Assembly (NCBI GenBank): GCA_021816545.1
Contig: JAKAXP010000002.1
Location: forward strand, 1-34,444
Direction of reading: 5' to 3'
Source of the DNA: Bacteroidota bacterium
Lineage (GTDB): Bacteria; Bacteroidota; Bacteroidia; Bacteroidales; VadinHA17
DNA: 34,444 nucleotides
Part shown: positions 25,110 to 34,145 of the stretch, one piece after another
How the letters are laid out: each line of letters starts with the position of its first letter
Position numbering within the stretch: position 1 is the first letter of the stretch
Notes under the pieces: generated by a model
Seen by the model: the letters and a program-made list of their open reading frames with translations, nothing else
Told to the model about the DNA's origin: nothing
The model's database searches: none
Program-made: the position numbers and the translations under genes

Positions 25110-26302
25110 GGCGGGCGATTCTGACAGCCTTTATTCTTGTGGCAGTCGCGGCTGCAGTGTACCCTCAGGAGACAGGCCCTTCGGATTCCGTTACTGTTGC
25201 GGGTGCCGGTACCGGCAAGAATGACTGGCTCACTGCAGGCGGTTATGCCTCATGGCTTCATATGGCTATGTTCGGGAAACCGTCGGAGGAATGGGCCAAT
25301 ACAAGCATGCTGCACAACCGGCTGAAATTCAGGGCTTATGCCGGCAACAGCTTCACTTTTGCCCTTGAAGTCAGGAACCGGTTTGTCACCGGAGACATGG
25401 TTACCCTTGACCCGGCATATGTCACCGGACTTTCAGCCGATCCGGGCCTGGCAGACCTGTCATGGAACATCTCTGATGGCAGTTCTTATGTCCTTAACAT
25501 GATGGTTGACAGGGCTTATGTGGATTTCACTGCAGGAAAGCTGCAGGTGCGTGCCGGCCGTCAGCGGATCAACTGGAGCCAGGCACTGATCTGGAATCCC
25601 AATGACATTTTCAATACTTACTCCTTCTTTGATTTCGACTATGTTGAAAGGCCCGGGAGTGATGCATTACGGCTGACTTATTCAACGGGCCCCGCATCTT
25701 CAATGGAGGCCGCAGTCAAGGCTGATGCCCATGGCCGTGTCACAGCTGCAGTACTTGGCCGCTTCTCCCATCTGAACACAGACCTTCAACTCCTTGCCGG
25801 TGTGACTGACGATGATTATTTTACAGCAGGAACAGGCTGGTCAGGCGCCATCGGTTCGGTCTCGGTAAGGGGAGAAGCAACCCTGTTTGCACCTTTCGGC
25901 GGTTCACAGGGTGAAAAGGGCAACTTCACGGCAACCCTTGGAATCGACAAGGCTTTTTCTGATAAGGTTACTGCCCTGGCACAGGTGATGTATTCGAACA
26001 ATCCCACTGACCTTAACGGTTTCACCGATCTGTATGGCGGAGGGCTGACAGCCCGGCAGCTCGCTTTTTCTGAATTCAGCGCCGCAGGGCAGGTGGCATA
26101 CGCCCCTGTTCCCCTTGTTAATATTTCAGTCTCCGCTATATGGTTTCCGGACCTCGAAGGTTTTTATGCAGGTCCTTCCGTTGACATATCGCTTGCGGAA
26201 AATATTGATTTCACTGTTCTCTGGCAGCATTTCCGCAGCACCTTTGATGAAGAGGAAACCCGGATCAACCTGGCATTCCTGCGGATAAGATATAGTTTCT
26301 GA
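25106..26302 (+). CDS. Predicted outer-membrane beta-barrel protein (alginate-export/DUF1302-like feel)
   Basis: Signal peptide MRRAILTAFILVAVAAAVYPQ. It has alternating strands, a GRQRINWSQALIWNPNDIFN motif and the C-terminal barrel signature LRIRYSF. Its start overlaps the ATPase stop (ATGA). Confidence 0.6.
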   Translation: MRRAILTAFILVAVAAAVYPQETGPSDSVTVAGAGTGKNDWLTAGGYASWLHMAMFGKPSEEWANTSMLHNRLKFRAYAGNSFTFALEVRNRFVTGDMVTLDPAYVTGLSADPGLADLSWNISDGSSYVLNMMVDRAYVDFTAGKLQVRAGRQRINWSQALIWNPNDIFNTYSFFDFDYVERPGSDALRLTYSTGPASSMEAAVKADAHGRVTAAVLGRFSHLNTDLQLLAGVTDDDYFTAGTGWSGAIGSVSVRGEATLFAPFGGSQGEKGNFTATLGIDKAFSDKVTALAQVMYSNNPTDLNGFTDLYGGGLTARQLAFSEFSAAGQVAYAPVPLVNISVSAIWFPDLEGFYAGPSVDISLAENIDFTVLWQHFRSTFDEEETRINLAFLRIRYSF

Positions 26303-26336
26303 AATTTTCATACTTTTACGGGGCAAAACCCGAAGT

Positions 26337-27071
26337 ATGTCACTCGTCCATGAACTTGAGAAATCCGGCAACTGGTTATTCCGAAGAAGAAGCTGGCTGC
26401 CGGTGACAGTTCTTATCCCCTCCTTCATATATCTGTTCATCGCAAACCGGAGTGTAATTTATTTCAACTATACCTGGGAAATTGCCTGCATCCTCGTCTC
26501 GGTTGCCGGTGAACTTCTCCGTTCATATACTGTGGGGTATGTACCCCGCAACACATCCGGACGCAATGTAATGGACCAGCTTGCCGATGAGCTCAACACA
26601 AAGGGAATCTATTCGGTGATCCGCCACCCGCTTTATGTGGGCAACTTCCTCATGTGGCTCGGACCGGTTCTTTTCCTCCGGTCAGTCTGGTGGGTCATAA
26701 TATTCATCCTGGCATACTGGCTCTATTATGAGCGTATTATTTTTGCCGAAGAGCAGTACCTGCGCCGCAAGTTCGGGGAGGCATATGATTCGTGGGCATT
26801 CCGGGTAAAGGCAGTCATTCCCTCCTTCAGGCGTTACGTCAAGGCAGAACTGCCGTTCTCACTCAGGAACGTCCTCAAGCGTGAGTACAACAGCATTGCA
26901 AACATGTTCGTGGTGTTTGCCCTCCTGGATCTTTTCCGCAACCTTGCAGTTACAGGGCGGCTTTACCTGGAGCCGATGTATATAACACTGCTTGTGGCAG
27001 CCCTTATATTCTGGGCTGTGATCAGGTACCTTGTCAAGCGGACAAAGTTCTTATATGTGGAAGGCCGTTAA
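26337..27071 (+). CDS. Membrane methyltransferase of the ICMT/PEMT-like family
   Basis: Multi-TM protein with the family-typical segment GIYSVIRHPLYVGNFLMWLG followed by ...ERIIFAEEQYLRRKFGEAY. It lies 34 nt downstream of the barrel gene on the same strand. Confidence 0.72.
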   Translation: MSLVHELEKSGNWLFRRRSWLPVTVLIPSFIYLFIANRSVIYFNYTWEIACILVSVAGELLRSYTVGYVPRNTSGRNVMDQLADELNTKGIYSVIRHPLYVGNFLMWLGPVLFLRSVWWVIIFILAYWLYYERIIFAEEQYLRRKFGEAYDSWAFRVKAVIPSFRRYVKAELPFSLRNVLKREYNSIANMFVVFALLDLFRNLAVTGRLYLEPMYITLLVAALIFWAVIRYLVKRTKFLYVEGR

Positions 27072-27084
27072 GCCTTCAGATCCG

Positions 27085-27789
27085 CTACCTGTCCCGGGCT
27101 CCCAGGAAAATCATTATGTAATAGACGAGAGTTGCCAGCGACCCCAGTGCAGCAATGACGTAGGTGTATGCAGCCCATTTAAGTGCATCCTCTGCCTTTT
27201 CATGAGTCCCGGAGTAGGTAATACCGGCATTTGCCAGCCACGCAAGCGCCCTTTTTGATGCGTTTATCTCAACCGGCAGTGTGATGATGCTGAAGAGCGT
27301 GGTGATTGCAAACAGCACTATACCAATCAGAAGTATCTCCGGCCTTGAGTTGAGAAGGACCAGTCCTGCAATGAGTACCCACTGTATCCAGTTCGAGGCG
27401 AAGCTTACAACAGGCGCAAGTTTTGATCTCATTCCAAGCCATGCGTATGACTGGGCGTGTTGCAGGGCATGCCCGGTCTCATGGGCTGCCACGGCGGCTG
27501 CTGCCACGCTCGTTCCTGAATAAACCTCGCGGCTGAGGTTGATTGTCTTTTTAAGAGGGTTGTAATGGTCGGTAAGTTCGCCTGCAACGCTGTGAACGGT
27601 AACATCTGTCACACCGCTTTCGCGAAGCATCTTCTCCGCAACATCACGACCCGTAAGGCCCGATGCAATGGGGACCTTCGAATAGGTCCTGAATTTCGAC
27701 TTGAGCCTGGCGCTTACAACCCAGCTCAGTATCATGAATACTATGAATATTATCCAGTATGCTCCGTTATTCAAAAACATTGTTTCCAT
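27085..27789 (-). CDS. Membrane zinc metallopeptidase (YugP/Zn_peptidase_2-like)
   Basis: N-terminal TM helix, HExxH as AAHETGHALQH, and two or three C-terminal TM helices. Length is 234 aa. Confidence 0.82.
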   Translation of the reverse strand: METMFLNNGAYWIIFIVFMILSWVVSARLKSKFRTYSKVPIASGLTGRDVAEKMLRESGVTDVTVHSVAGELTDHYNPLKKTINLSREVYSGTSVAAAAVAAHETGHALQHAQSYAWLGMRSKLAPVVSFASNWIQWVLIAGLVLLNSRPEILLIGIVLFAITTLFSIITLPVEINASKRALAWLANAGITYSGTHEKAEDALKWAAYTYVIAALGSLATLVYYIMIFLGARDR

Positions 27790-27793
27790 CCTC

Positions 27794-27801
27794 CAAAAGT
27801 A
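27794..27801 (-). promoter_or_regulatory. Candidate -7 box only 4 nt upstream of the metallopeptidase ATG
   Basis: The plus strand reads CAAAAGTA, so the minus strand reads TACTTTTG. This is a perfect TAnnTTTG match. Confidence 0.3.
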
Positions 27802-27900
27802 CTTTTAGTTTCTTCTTCCTTCAACAAAACACCTGCCATCAGTTATAAGTTTTGAAAAGAGGTCATTTTGTCATGACGAATCAGCTTATCTTTGGATCCT

Positions 27901-28215
27901 ATGCTGAAGGGTGCCGCAAAGATATTATCTTTTTTACTTCTCCTTCCGGTGTGGTTTTACCGCGGAGTCATATCACCATGGACTCCTCCCTCGTGCCGCC
28001 ATGTGCCCACCTGCTCACAGTATGCGATTGATGCCCTTACAATCCACGGACCGTTCAGGGGAATCATAATGTCAACGGGAAGGATTTTACGATGCAGGCC
28101 CGGCGGAACGCACGGATATGATCCTGTTCCCCGGTTCATATTCAAAAGATTCCGTCACAACGGTCTGACGCTCTTCAGGGCGCCACACTGCAACAGGTTG
28201 AAGGACCACGATTAG
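27901..28215 (+). CDS. yidD: Membrane protein insertion efficiency factor YidD
   Basis: Core motif [31 protein letters not shown]...[17 protein letters not shown]. The ATG at 27901 is preferred over the tracked TTG at 27892. A ~25-aa C-terminal extension overlaps the convergent response-regulator gene's stop by 4 nt. Confidence 0.85.
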   Translation: MLKGAAKILSFLLLLPVWFYRGVISPWTPPSCRHVPTCSQYAIDALTIHGPFRGIIMSTGRILRCRPGGTHGYDPVPRFIFKRFRHNGLTLFRAPHCNRLKDHD

Positions 28216-28964
28216 AAGGACAGCTTTTCCCTTAGCATTTTGTAACCGGCCCGGCTTACCGGGATTTTCTCGCCTGATTTGAGTACTGCCACATAGTTGT
28301 CCTTGCTGTAGGGCTCCAGGCGGGTGATCTGCTCCACGTTGACGATGTATGACCTGTGAACCCTCATGAAGAGGCCGGGAGGGAGATGCTCCTCGTAGTA
28401 CTTCATTGTCTTGGGCTTCAGAGCCTTCCCCTCGCTGTAATATATCATGACGTAATCATCCTCGGCGGCAAGATAGAATACATTGTTGAGGGGGATGATC
28501 TTGATGCCTGCCCCCTTCCTGAACACAATCCTGGTAAGGAAGCCTTCAGCCTCGGAAACAGTGGTTACAAGTTTTTCAATCTTTTCATCGGCCGGAGTCT
28601 CTTTTTGCAGCCGGTTCACTGCCTTTGCAAGTGCATCGTCAAATCTTTCCTTGGAAAAGGGTTTAAGAAGATAGTCTACGGCGTTAAGCTCAAACGCCCT
28701 TATTGCATACTGGTCAAATGCGGTGGTAAATATCACCTCCGGTTTCTCATCGATCACCTCCAGCAATTCGAATCCGGTCAGTTTCGGCATCTGGATGTCA
28801 AGGAAGATAAGGTCAGGTCTTTTTTCCTTTATCTCCCTGGCCCCGCAGAATCCGTCTCCGCATTCACCTGCGATCTCGATTTCAGGATGGTCGGCCAGCA
28901 TGAACCTGATCAGTTCCCTTGCCGGGGCTTCGTCTTCAATGATCAGTGCCCTGATTTTTTTCAT
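28212..28964 (-). CDS. LytR/AlgR-family response regulator (receiver + LytTR DNA-binding domain)
   Basis: Receiver motifs are [27 protein letters not shown] and YLLKP. The C-terminal LytTR domain includes [21 protein letters not shown]...[11 protein letters not shown]. Confidence 0.9.
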   Translation of the reverse strand: MKKIRALIIEDEAPARELIRFMLADHPEIEIAGECGDGFCGAREIKEKRPDLIFLDIQMPKLTGFELLEVIDEKPEVIFTTAFDQYAIRAFELNAVDYLLKPFSKERFDDALAKAVNRLQKETPADEKIEKLVTTVSEAEGFLTRIVFRKGAGIKIIPLNNVFYLAAEDDYVMIYYSEGKALKPKTMKYYEEHLPPGLFMRVHRSYIVNVEQITRLEPYSKDNYVAVLKSGEKIPVSRAGYKMLREKLSF

Positions 28965-28983
28965 TCTTTTATGATGCTTTTAC

Positions 28984-30042
28984 TCATGATTTGCGAAACG
29001 GGAACCTCACAGTCACGGTGAAGCTTTCTTCACTGCGGTTTACACTGAGATCTGCTTCGTCACCGAAAAACAGTTCCAGCCTGCTGCTGACATTCTTCAG
29101 TCCGATGCCCGCCCCCTTCCTGGTAACCACCGAATCAGTGTCAACATTGTTTTTAACCGTTATGACAACTTTATCATCCTCATTTCTTGCAACTGTCCTG
29201 ATTGTCACCTCCTCGGTTGATTCATAAACCCCGTGTTTGACTGCATTTTCATATAGTGGCTGCAACAGCATTCCCGGCATCAGCGCCTGCAGGCATTCAG
29301 GGCTTATATCTTCTTCTATGGTGAGCCTGTTCCCGAACCTCACCTTTTCAATCTGCAGGTAGAGCCTGAGGCTTTCCATCTCATTCCCCAGAGTAACCGG
29401 CTGCTCGTTCCTCGATGATAAGGAATAGCGCATGAAATCAGAGAGCTTTACAATCATCTCTCTTGCCTTCAGCGGATCAGTCACTGTGAGTGAACTTACC
29501 GAGTTGAGGCTGTTGAAGAGGAAGTGCGGGTTTATCTGTGCCCTCAGCATTTTAAGCTCACCCTCCCTTACCTGGGTCTCGAGCAGAGCCTGCCGTGCTG
29601 CTTTTTCCGCCAGCCTTGAGGCGCTGAGGAAGAGGTAATAGACCAGGATTATCATGAAGTATATCAGCGTGCCGGCGGTTGCCCTGAAAGCCAGGACTGA
29701 GTGCCAGAAGATGTCGTAATCGATCTTCTCGGCAACCAGTGCCCTTACCAGCGCTTTCGAGCCAAGCAGCCATACTGCCAGTGTGAAGGTGCCGGTCAGC
29801 AGAGCATTGATAATTGAAGTGTAGACCTGGTTGTCATCTCTCAGCAGATATCTTATGGGAAACCAGATTGCCAGCCCAAGAAGCCCGAAAATAACCATTG
29901 AAACCAGGCCGTCAGTGATTGCAACCTCGGTCCGGCTTCCGTACCCAAAATGAATAAGAAGTGACTGGCCTGTTGCTAATCCCAGCCAGGCCAGCCACCA
30001 CACAAGTAGCCTCGTTCTGTTTACCAGTAACGGATGCTTCAT
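28984..30042 (-). CDS. Intramembrane-sensing histidine kinase, LytS/His_kinase (PF06580-like) type
   Basis: About 5 TM helices with no sizeable extracytoplasmic loop. The H-box is LRAQINPHFLFNSLNSV. The HATPase has LLQPLYENAVKHG and GAGIGLKNVSSRL. Confidence 0.9.
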   Translation of the reverse strand: MKHPLLVNRTRLLVWWLAWLGLATGQSLLIHFGYGSRTEVAITDGLVSMVIFGLLGLAIWFPIRYLLRDDNQVYTSIINALLTGTFTLAVWLLGSKALVRALVAEKIDYDIFWHSVLAFRATAGTLIYFMIILVYYLFLSASRLAEKAARQALLETQVREGELKMLRAQINPHFLFNSLNSVSSLTVTDPLKAREMIVKLSDFMRYSLSSRNEQPVTLGNEMESLRLYLQIEKVRFGNRLTIEEDISPECLQALMPGMLLQPLYENAVKHGVYESTEEVTIRTVARNEDDKVVITVKNNVDTDSVVTRKGAGIGLKNVSSRLELFFGDEADLSVNRSEESFTVTVRFPFRKS

Positions 30043-30045
30043 ATG

Positions 30046-30816
30046 TTATTTGTAACTCTTGATCTCTCCACCTCCGAATATTACGGTACCCCTGATGGTA
30101 AGCGACCTTGTATTGTCCCTGATTACGTCACCCCTCATCTTCCTGCTGTCAGAAAATCCCCCGAGGATGGGTGTAACTTCAATCACCACGTTCCAGCTTT
30201 CAGGGACGATGATTGTTGTTCCTCCAAAGATACAGGTAATTTCAATAACATTGTCGCCCGGGGCAAGGGAGGAGCGGGTCAGGTCAACTTCTCCGCCGCC
30301 GAAGATTGAGGTAACCTTTCCGCCCTGGAAGTTGTCAGTGATAAGTTGCCTCTCCGCACCGCTGAATATGTTGACGTAATCTATATAGTCCGCCTTGTTT
30401 ACATTTGAGTAGTCGAGTTTTTTCACCAGCCGCTTGGAATTCATCAGGAGCACTACACCCACAACTATGAATACTGCAGGCCAGAAGAAGTTGAATGACC
30501 TGAAGAAGTCGGTGAACATTTCGGGAATCAGGAAGAAACCGCCTACTGCGATCATTACAATCCCGGGTGTCTTGTTGTCTGACCCGGCAAGGGTGATGAC
30601 GCCGATTACAATGAGCAGCATCTGCCAGCTGAATATGATGTCATCAATGAAATGGTCAAGCGGTTCAGGAAGTATGGTTGACTTCTGTACAATAAGGATA
30701 AATCCTGCGATGATAAGCAGCACACCTATGATCAACCTGTTAGAGGTATCATGGCGCCGGGCCGGTCTTTTAAATTCGTTTTCCATTTTATTTCTGTTTT
30801 GGGTGTTTATTACCAT
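30046..30816 (-). CDS. LiaF-like protein: LiaI/LiaF-type TM module plus a C-terminal DUF2154-like beta domain
   Basis: The N-terminal 4-TM module is paralogous to the upstream small ORF (SWQMLLIVIGVITL and FWPAVFIVVGVVLL). The C-terminal repetitive beta region reads VNIFSGAERQLI...SIFGGGEVDL...CIFGGTTIIVP...ILGGFSD...VIFGGGEIKS. The start may instead be the Met at 30786. Confidence 0.72.
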   Translation of the reverse strand: MVINTQNRNKMENEFKRPARRHDTSNRLIIGVLLIIAGFILIVQKSTILPEPLDHFIDDIIFSWQMLLIVIGVITLAGSDNKTPGIVMIAVGGFFLIPEMFTDFFRSFNFFWPAVFIVVGVVLLMNSKRLVKKLDYSNVNKADYIDYVNIFSGAERQLITDNFQGGKVTSIFGGGEVDLTRSSLAPGDNVIEITCIFGGTTIIVPESWNVVIEVTPILGGFSDSRKMRGDVIRDNTRSLTIRGTVIFGGGEIKSYK

Positions 30817-31148
30817 TTATGTTTTTTGAAGAGTGGTCTTATCATGAATGCCAGTCCGGTCAGAACAAGTACGGCCGGCCAGTAAATATTTGTATATGTT
30901 TCAGAGAGCTGCACCGTCATATCCGGCATGAGGAACCAGAATCCGGCGGCAAACAGCAGCACCGCCGAGACAAGCTCGAGGTTTATCAGAGACCAGATAC
31001 CGAAGAATATGAGCAGCATCTGCCAGGTAAAATAATCAGGAATTTCTCCCAATTTCAGGAGATCAAGCTTTGCGACGATCATCACCAGTCCCAGTGCTAT
31101 CAGGAACTTTGCAATGCCTGCAAATGGATTTTGGTCTTTGTCTCTCAT
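30810..31148 (-). CDS. Small 4-TM membrane protein, LiaI/LiaF-like TM module
   Basis: 112 aa. TWQMLLIFFGIWSL and IYWPAVLVLTGLAF mirror the TM module of the next gene, and its stop overlaps that gene's start by 7 nt. Confidence 0.6.
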   Translation of the reverse strand: MRDKDQNPFAGIAKFLIALGLVMIVAKLDLLKLGEIPDYFTWQMLLIFFGIWSLINLELVSAVLLFAAGFWFLMPDMTVQLSETYTNIYWPAVLVLTGLAFMIRPLFKKHKW

Positions 31149-31171
31149 GGCGATTCAGTTGTTTTACGTGA

Positions 31172-31179
31172 CAAAAATA
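31172..31179 (-). promoter_or_regulatory. Candidate -7 box for the liaI-like, liaF-like, kinase, LytTR operon
   Basis: The plus strand reads CAAAAATA, so the minus strand reads TATTTTTG. This is a perfect TAnnTTTG match, 24 nt upstream of the ATG at 31148. Confidence 0.45.
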
Positions 31180-31302
31180 TTAATGCCGGGTCAACCTGTA
31201 CCACTCATTATCGGCGGGGGGCGGATATACATCGGTGAACAGCGAAGAAAACGGGTGGTGTTACTTTTTTGTTCATAATTTTTTTTATTGTCGCAGGTTT
31301 TA

Positions 31303-31310
31303 TAATTTTG
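31303..31310 (+). promoter_or_regulatory. Candidate -7 box TAATTTTG for yceD-rpmF-plsX-fabH
   Basis: Perfect TAnnTTTG match, 20 nt upstream of the yceD ATG at 31330. Confidence 0.45.
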
Positions 31311-31329
31311 CAGACCGAAAAAAAGGGAG

Positions 31330-31851
31330 ATGCCCGGATTGTATTCCATACCGCTGGCGGGATTGAAGGAGGCCAGGTATACCTATGAATTCATGATAGG
31401 TAACGACTTCTTTGAATCCTTTGAAGTGTCTGAGATCAGGAGGGGGGAGTTTCGTGCGGTGGTGGTGCTTCAGAAATGCTCGACTCATATTGAGCTTGAC
31501 ATAGTCATTAACGGTAAAGCCGAAGTGATATGTGACAGGTGCCTTGAAGCGTTTTACATGCCGCTCTCGTCTGCCAACAGGCTTTTTATAAGGCAGGGGC
31601 AGAACTGGGATGAGGCTGATCCGGATATGATTACAATGCCGCTGGATGAACATGAAATAGACCTGAGTCAGTTTTTCTATGAATACATCCACCTGGCGTT
31701 ACCGATAAAGCGCACTCATCCTGATGATGCGGATGGCAACAGTACCTGCGATCCGGACATGATCAGGAAACTGAATGATCTCCTTGTACACGGTGAGGAA
31801 AAACCCGATCCGCGCTGGGATGATCTTAAAAAACTGACAAGGAATAATTAA
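31330..31851 (+). CDS. yceD: YceD/DUF177 family protein (23S rRNA accumulation protein)
   Basis: It holds the conserved position immediately upstream of rpmF. The CDRCLE motif and an acidic C-terminus with a second Cys cluster region (STCDPD) are present. Length is 173 aa. Confidence 0.82.
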   Translation: MPGLYSIPLAGLKEARYTYEFMIGNDFFESFEVSEIRRGEFRAVVVLQKCSTHIELDIVINGKAEVICDRCLEAFYMPLSSANRLFIRQGQNWDEADPDMITMPLDEHEIDLSQFFYEYIHLALPIKRTHPDDADGNSTCDPDMIRKLNDLLVHGEEKPDPRWDDLKKLTRNN

Positions 31852-31868
31852 CTCAATTCATTACTGCG

Positions 31869-32054
31869 ATGCCAAATCCAAAACACAGACACTCCAGTAC
31901 CAGGAGAGACAAAAGGAGAACACACTACAAGGCTGTGGCTCCCACAACAGCTGCATGCCCGAACTGCGGATCAGCACATCTCTACCACAGGGTCTGCCCT
32001 GAGTGCGGTTATTACAGAGGCAAACTTGCCATAGAAAAGAAGACAACAGCCTGA
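31869..32054 (+). CDS. rpmF: 50S ribosomal protein L32 (zinc-ribbon form)
   Basis: MPNPKHRHSSTRRDKRRTHYK start, with CPNCG...CPECG. Length is 61 aa. Confidence 0.95.
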   Translation: MPNPKHRHSSTRRDKRRTHYKAVAPTTAACPNCGSAHLYHRVCPECGYYRGKLAIEKKTTA

Positions 32055-32083
32055 CCGGCCTTCCGTTCTAATCAAAGTGAACG

Positions 32084-33028
32084 ATGAAAATTGGTCTTGA
32101 TGCTATGGGGGGCGATTATGCTCCCGATGCTGTTGTTGAGGGGGCTGTCGATGCTCTCGCACAGCTTCCTGCCGGAGACCGTATCGTCCTTATCGGTGAC
32201 AATGCACTGATAAGGGGAAAGCTCGCATCACTGAATGCCGGGCCTTCACTGTTTGATATCGTCCCAACAACACAGGTAATCGAGATGTCAGATCACCCTG
32301 CAAAGGCTTTTTCCCAGAAAAGGGATTCATCCATTGCAGTGGGATTCGGAATGCTCAAGAACGGTCTTATCGACGGATTTGCAAGCGCAGGAAACACCGG
32401 CGCAATGATGGTTGGGGCAAGCTATACCGTGAATGTCATCCCGGGGGTGTACAGACCGGCACTTGCAGCACTGATACCAAATCTGAACGGCAAATCTTCC
32501 ATAATACTTGACGTGGGAATCAACCCCGACAGCAAACCCGACGTACTGCTCCAGTACGGCCTCCTCGGAACCGTATATGCAAAACATGTGCTCGGAATTC
32601 TGAACCCCACGGTGGGGCTTCTCAATATCGGGACGGAGGAGTCAAAGGGATCATCGGCAGTGAAAGCTGCATATGAACTCCTGAATGAAAGCAATGATGT
32701 TAATTTCAGGGGAAATATTGAAGGCCATCACCTCTTTACCGACGATATGACAGATGTAATAGTCTGTGACGGCTTCGTGGGAAACGTGGTTCTTAAAATG
32801 GCCGAAAAATTTTATGTGGTTGCAAGATCAAGAGGCATAAGCGACAGCTTCTTTGACAGGCTCAACTTCGAGGTAGTAGGGGGCACTCCGGTGGTCGGTA
32901 TCAATGAAAACGTCGTGGTGGGACACGGCATTTCAAACCGTAAGGCCATTATGAATATGATCCTCACTACACGCGATGTGGTGCACGCCGATCTTGCAGG
33001 AAAGATCAGGGAAGCATTCGGAGCATGA
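32084..33028 (+). CDS. plsX: Phosphate acyltransferase PlsX
   Basis: [14 protein letters not shown] start and an internal NTGAMM motif. It sits in the conserved rpmF-plsX-fabH order. Length is 314 aa. Confidence 0.95.
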   Translation: MKIGLDAMGGDYAPDAVVEGAVDALAQLPAGDRIVLIGDNALIRGKLASLNAGPSLFDIVPTTQVIEMSDHPAKAFSQKRDSSIAVGFGMLKNGLIDGFASAGNTGAMMVGASYTVNVIPGVYRPALAALIPNLNGKSSIILDVGINPDSKPDVLLQYGLLGTVYAKHVLGILNPTVGLLNIGTEESKGSSAVKAAYELLNESNDVNFRGNIEGHHLFTDDMTDVIVCDGFVGNVVLKMAEKFYVVARSRGISDSFFDRLNFEVVGGTPVVGINENVVVGHGISNRKAIMNMILTTRDVVHADLAGKIREAFGA

Positions 33029-34029
33029 CGAAATTAAGGGCAGCAATAACAGGCATTAACGCCTGGACACCGGAATACCGGCTCACAAACCAGGAACTCT
33101 CGCTGATGGTTGATACCAGTGACGAGTGGATCATGCAGCGTGTCGGGATTAAGGAAAGAAGAATTCTCAAGGGCGAGGGTAAAGCCACCTCAGACCTCGG
33201 CGAACCCGCGGTAAGAGGCCTTCTTGAAAAGACCGGGACCAGGCCTGAGGATGTCGATCTCCTCATATGCGCCACAGTCACCCCCGACATGATGTTCCCG
33301 GCTACGGCCAATGTCATCTCTGACAAGGTGGGGATAAAGAACGCATTCAGCTTTGACATCAATGCAGCCTGCTCGGGGTTCCTCTTCGCACTTCAGACCG
33401 CCGCATCATACGTTGAATCAGGAAGATACAAAAAGGTTATTGTTGTAGGCGCTGACAAGATGTCATCAATTACCGACTACACTGACCGTACCACCTGTAC
33501 CCTTTTCGGCGACGCCGCCGGGGCTGTGCTTCTTGAACCCACTTACGAGGAATACGGAATTATGGATCATATCTTCCGGTCTGACGGATCAGGTAGGAAA
33601 TACCTGCACATGAAGGCCGGAGGCTCGATGCGCCCGGCATCACATGATACAGTGGGCGGACGCGAACACTTCGTTTACCAGGAGGGTCAGTCAGTATTCA
33701 AGTTTGCAGTCTCAAACATGGCTGACATTGCTGCCGAAATCATGGAGAAGAACCACCTCGGCCCGGATGATGTTGCCTGGCTCGTACCCCACCAGGCCAA
33801 CCTCAGGATCATTGATGCCACCGGCCGCAGGATGGGCATCCAGCCTGAGAAGGTAATGATAAACATCCAGAATTACGGGAATACGACCGCTGCAACGATA
33901 CCGCTAGTCCTGTGGGAGTTTGAGAAAAAACTTAATAAGGGTGATAACCTGATCCTTGCAGCCTTCGGCGGAGGATTCACCTGGGGAAGCATATGGCTCA
34001 AATGGGCCTATGATCCTGTAAAAGCATAG
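33025..34029 (+). CDS. fabH: 3-oxoacyl-ACP synthase III (FabH)
   Basis: The catalytic triad contexts are NAACSGF (Cys), VPHQANLRI (His) and [10 protein letters not shown] (Asn). Its start overlaps the plsX stop (ATGA). Confidence 0.95.
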   Translation: MTKLRAAITGINAWTPEYRLTNQELSLMVDTSDEWIMQRVGIKERRILKGEGKATSDLGEPAVRGLLEKTGTRPEDVDLLICATVTPDMMFPATANVISDKVGIKNAFSFDINAACSGFLFALQTAASYVESGRYKKVIVVGADKMSSITDYTDRTTCTLFGDAAGAVLLEPTYEEYGIMDHIFRSDGSGRKYLHMKAGGSMRPASHDTVGGREHFVYQEGQSVFKFAVSNMADIAAEIMEKNHLGPDDVAWLVPHQANLRIIDATGRRMGIQPEKVMINIQNYGNTTAATIPLVLWEFEKKLNKGDNLILAAFGGGFTWGSIWLKWAYDPVKA

Positions 34030-34042
34030 TGACCATATCGTG

Positions 34043-34069
34043 AGGGCGGTAATTCCGCCCTTATTTTTT
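34043..34069 (+). terminator. Rho-independent terminator after fabH
   Basis: The stem AGGGCGG (34043..34049) with CCGCCCT (34055..34061) has a 5-nt loop and is followed by TATTTTTT. Confidence 0.75.
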
Positions 34070-34092
34070 CCTGTTCCGGTACAATAACTATT

Positions 34093-34100
34093 TATATTTG
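34093..34100 (+). promoter_or_regulatory. Candidate -7 box TATATTTG for the bactofilin gene
   Basis: Perfect TAnnTTTG match, 46 nt upstream of the ATG at 34146. Confidence 0.45.
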
Positions 34101-34145
34101 CGTGTTAAATAAATTCAGGGAAAACGGGAACAAACCAGAAATACT

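Noticed and set aside
27892-27900. A TTG start for yidD, as in the ORF track
   Set aside because: An in-frame ATG lies three codons downstream, and YidD proteins are short. The ATG at 27901 is the more conservative call, though the TTG cannot be excluded.
28356-29021. A 221-aa ORF antisense to the LytTR response regulator
   Set aside because: It overlaps a strongly supported gene, has no motifs and starts inside the other gene. It is a shadow ORF.
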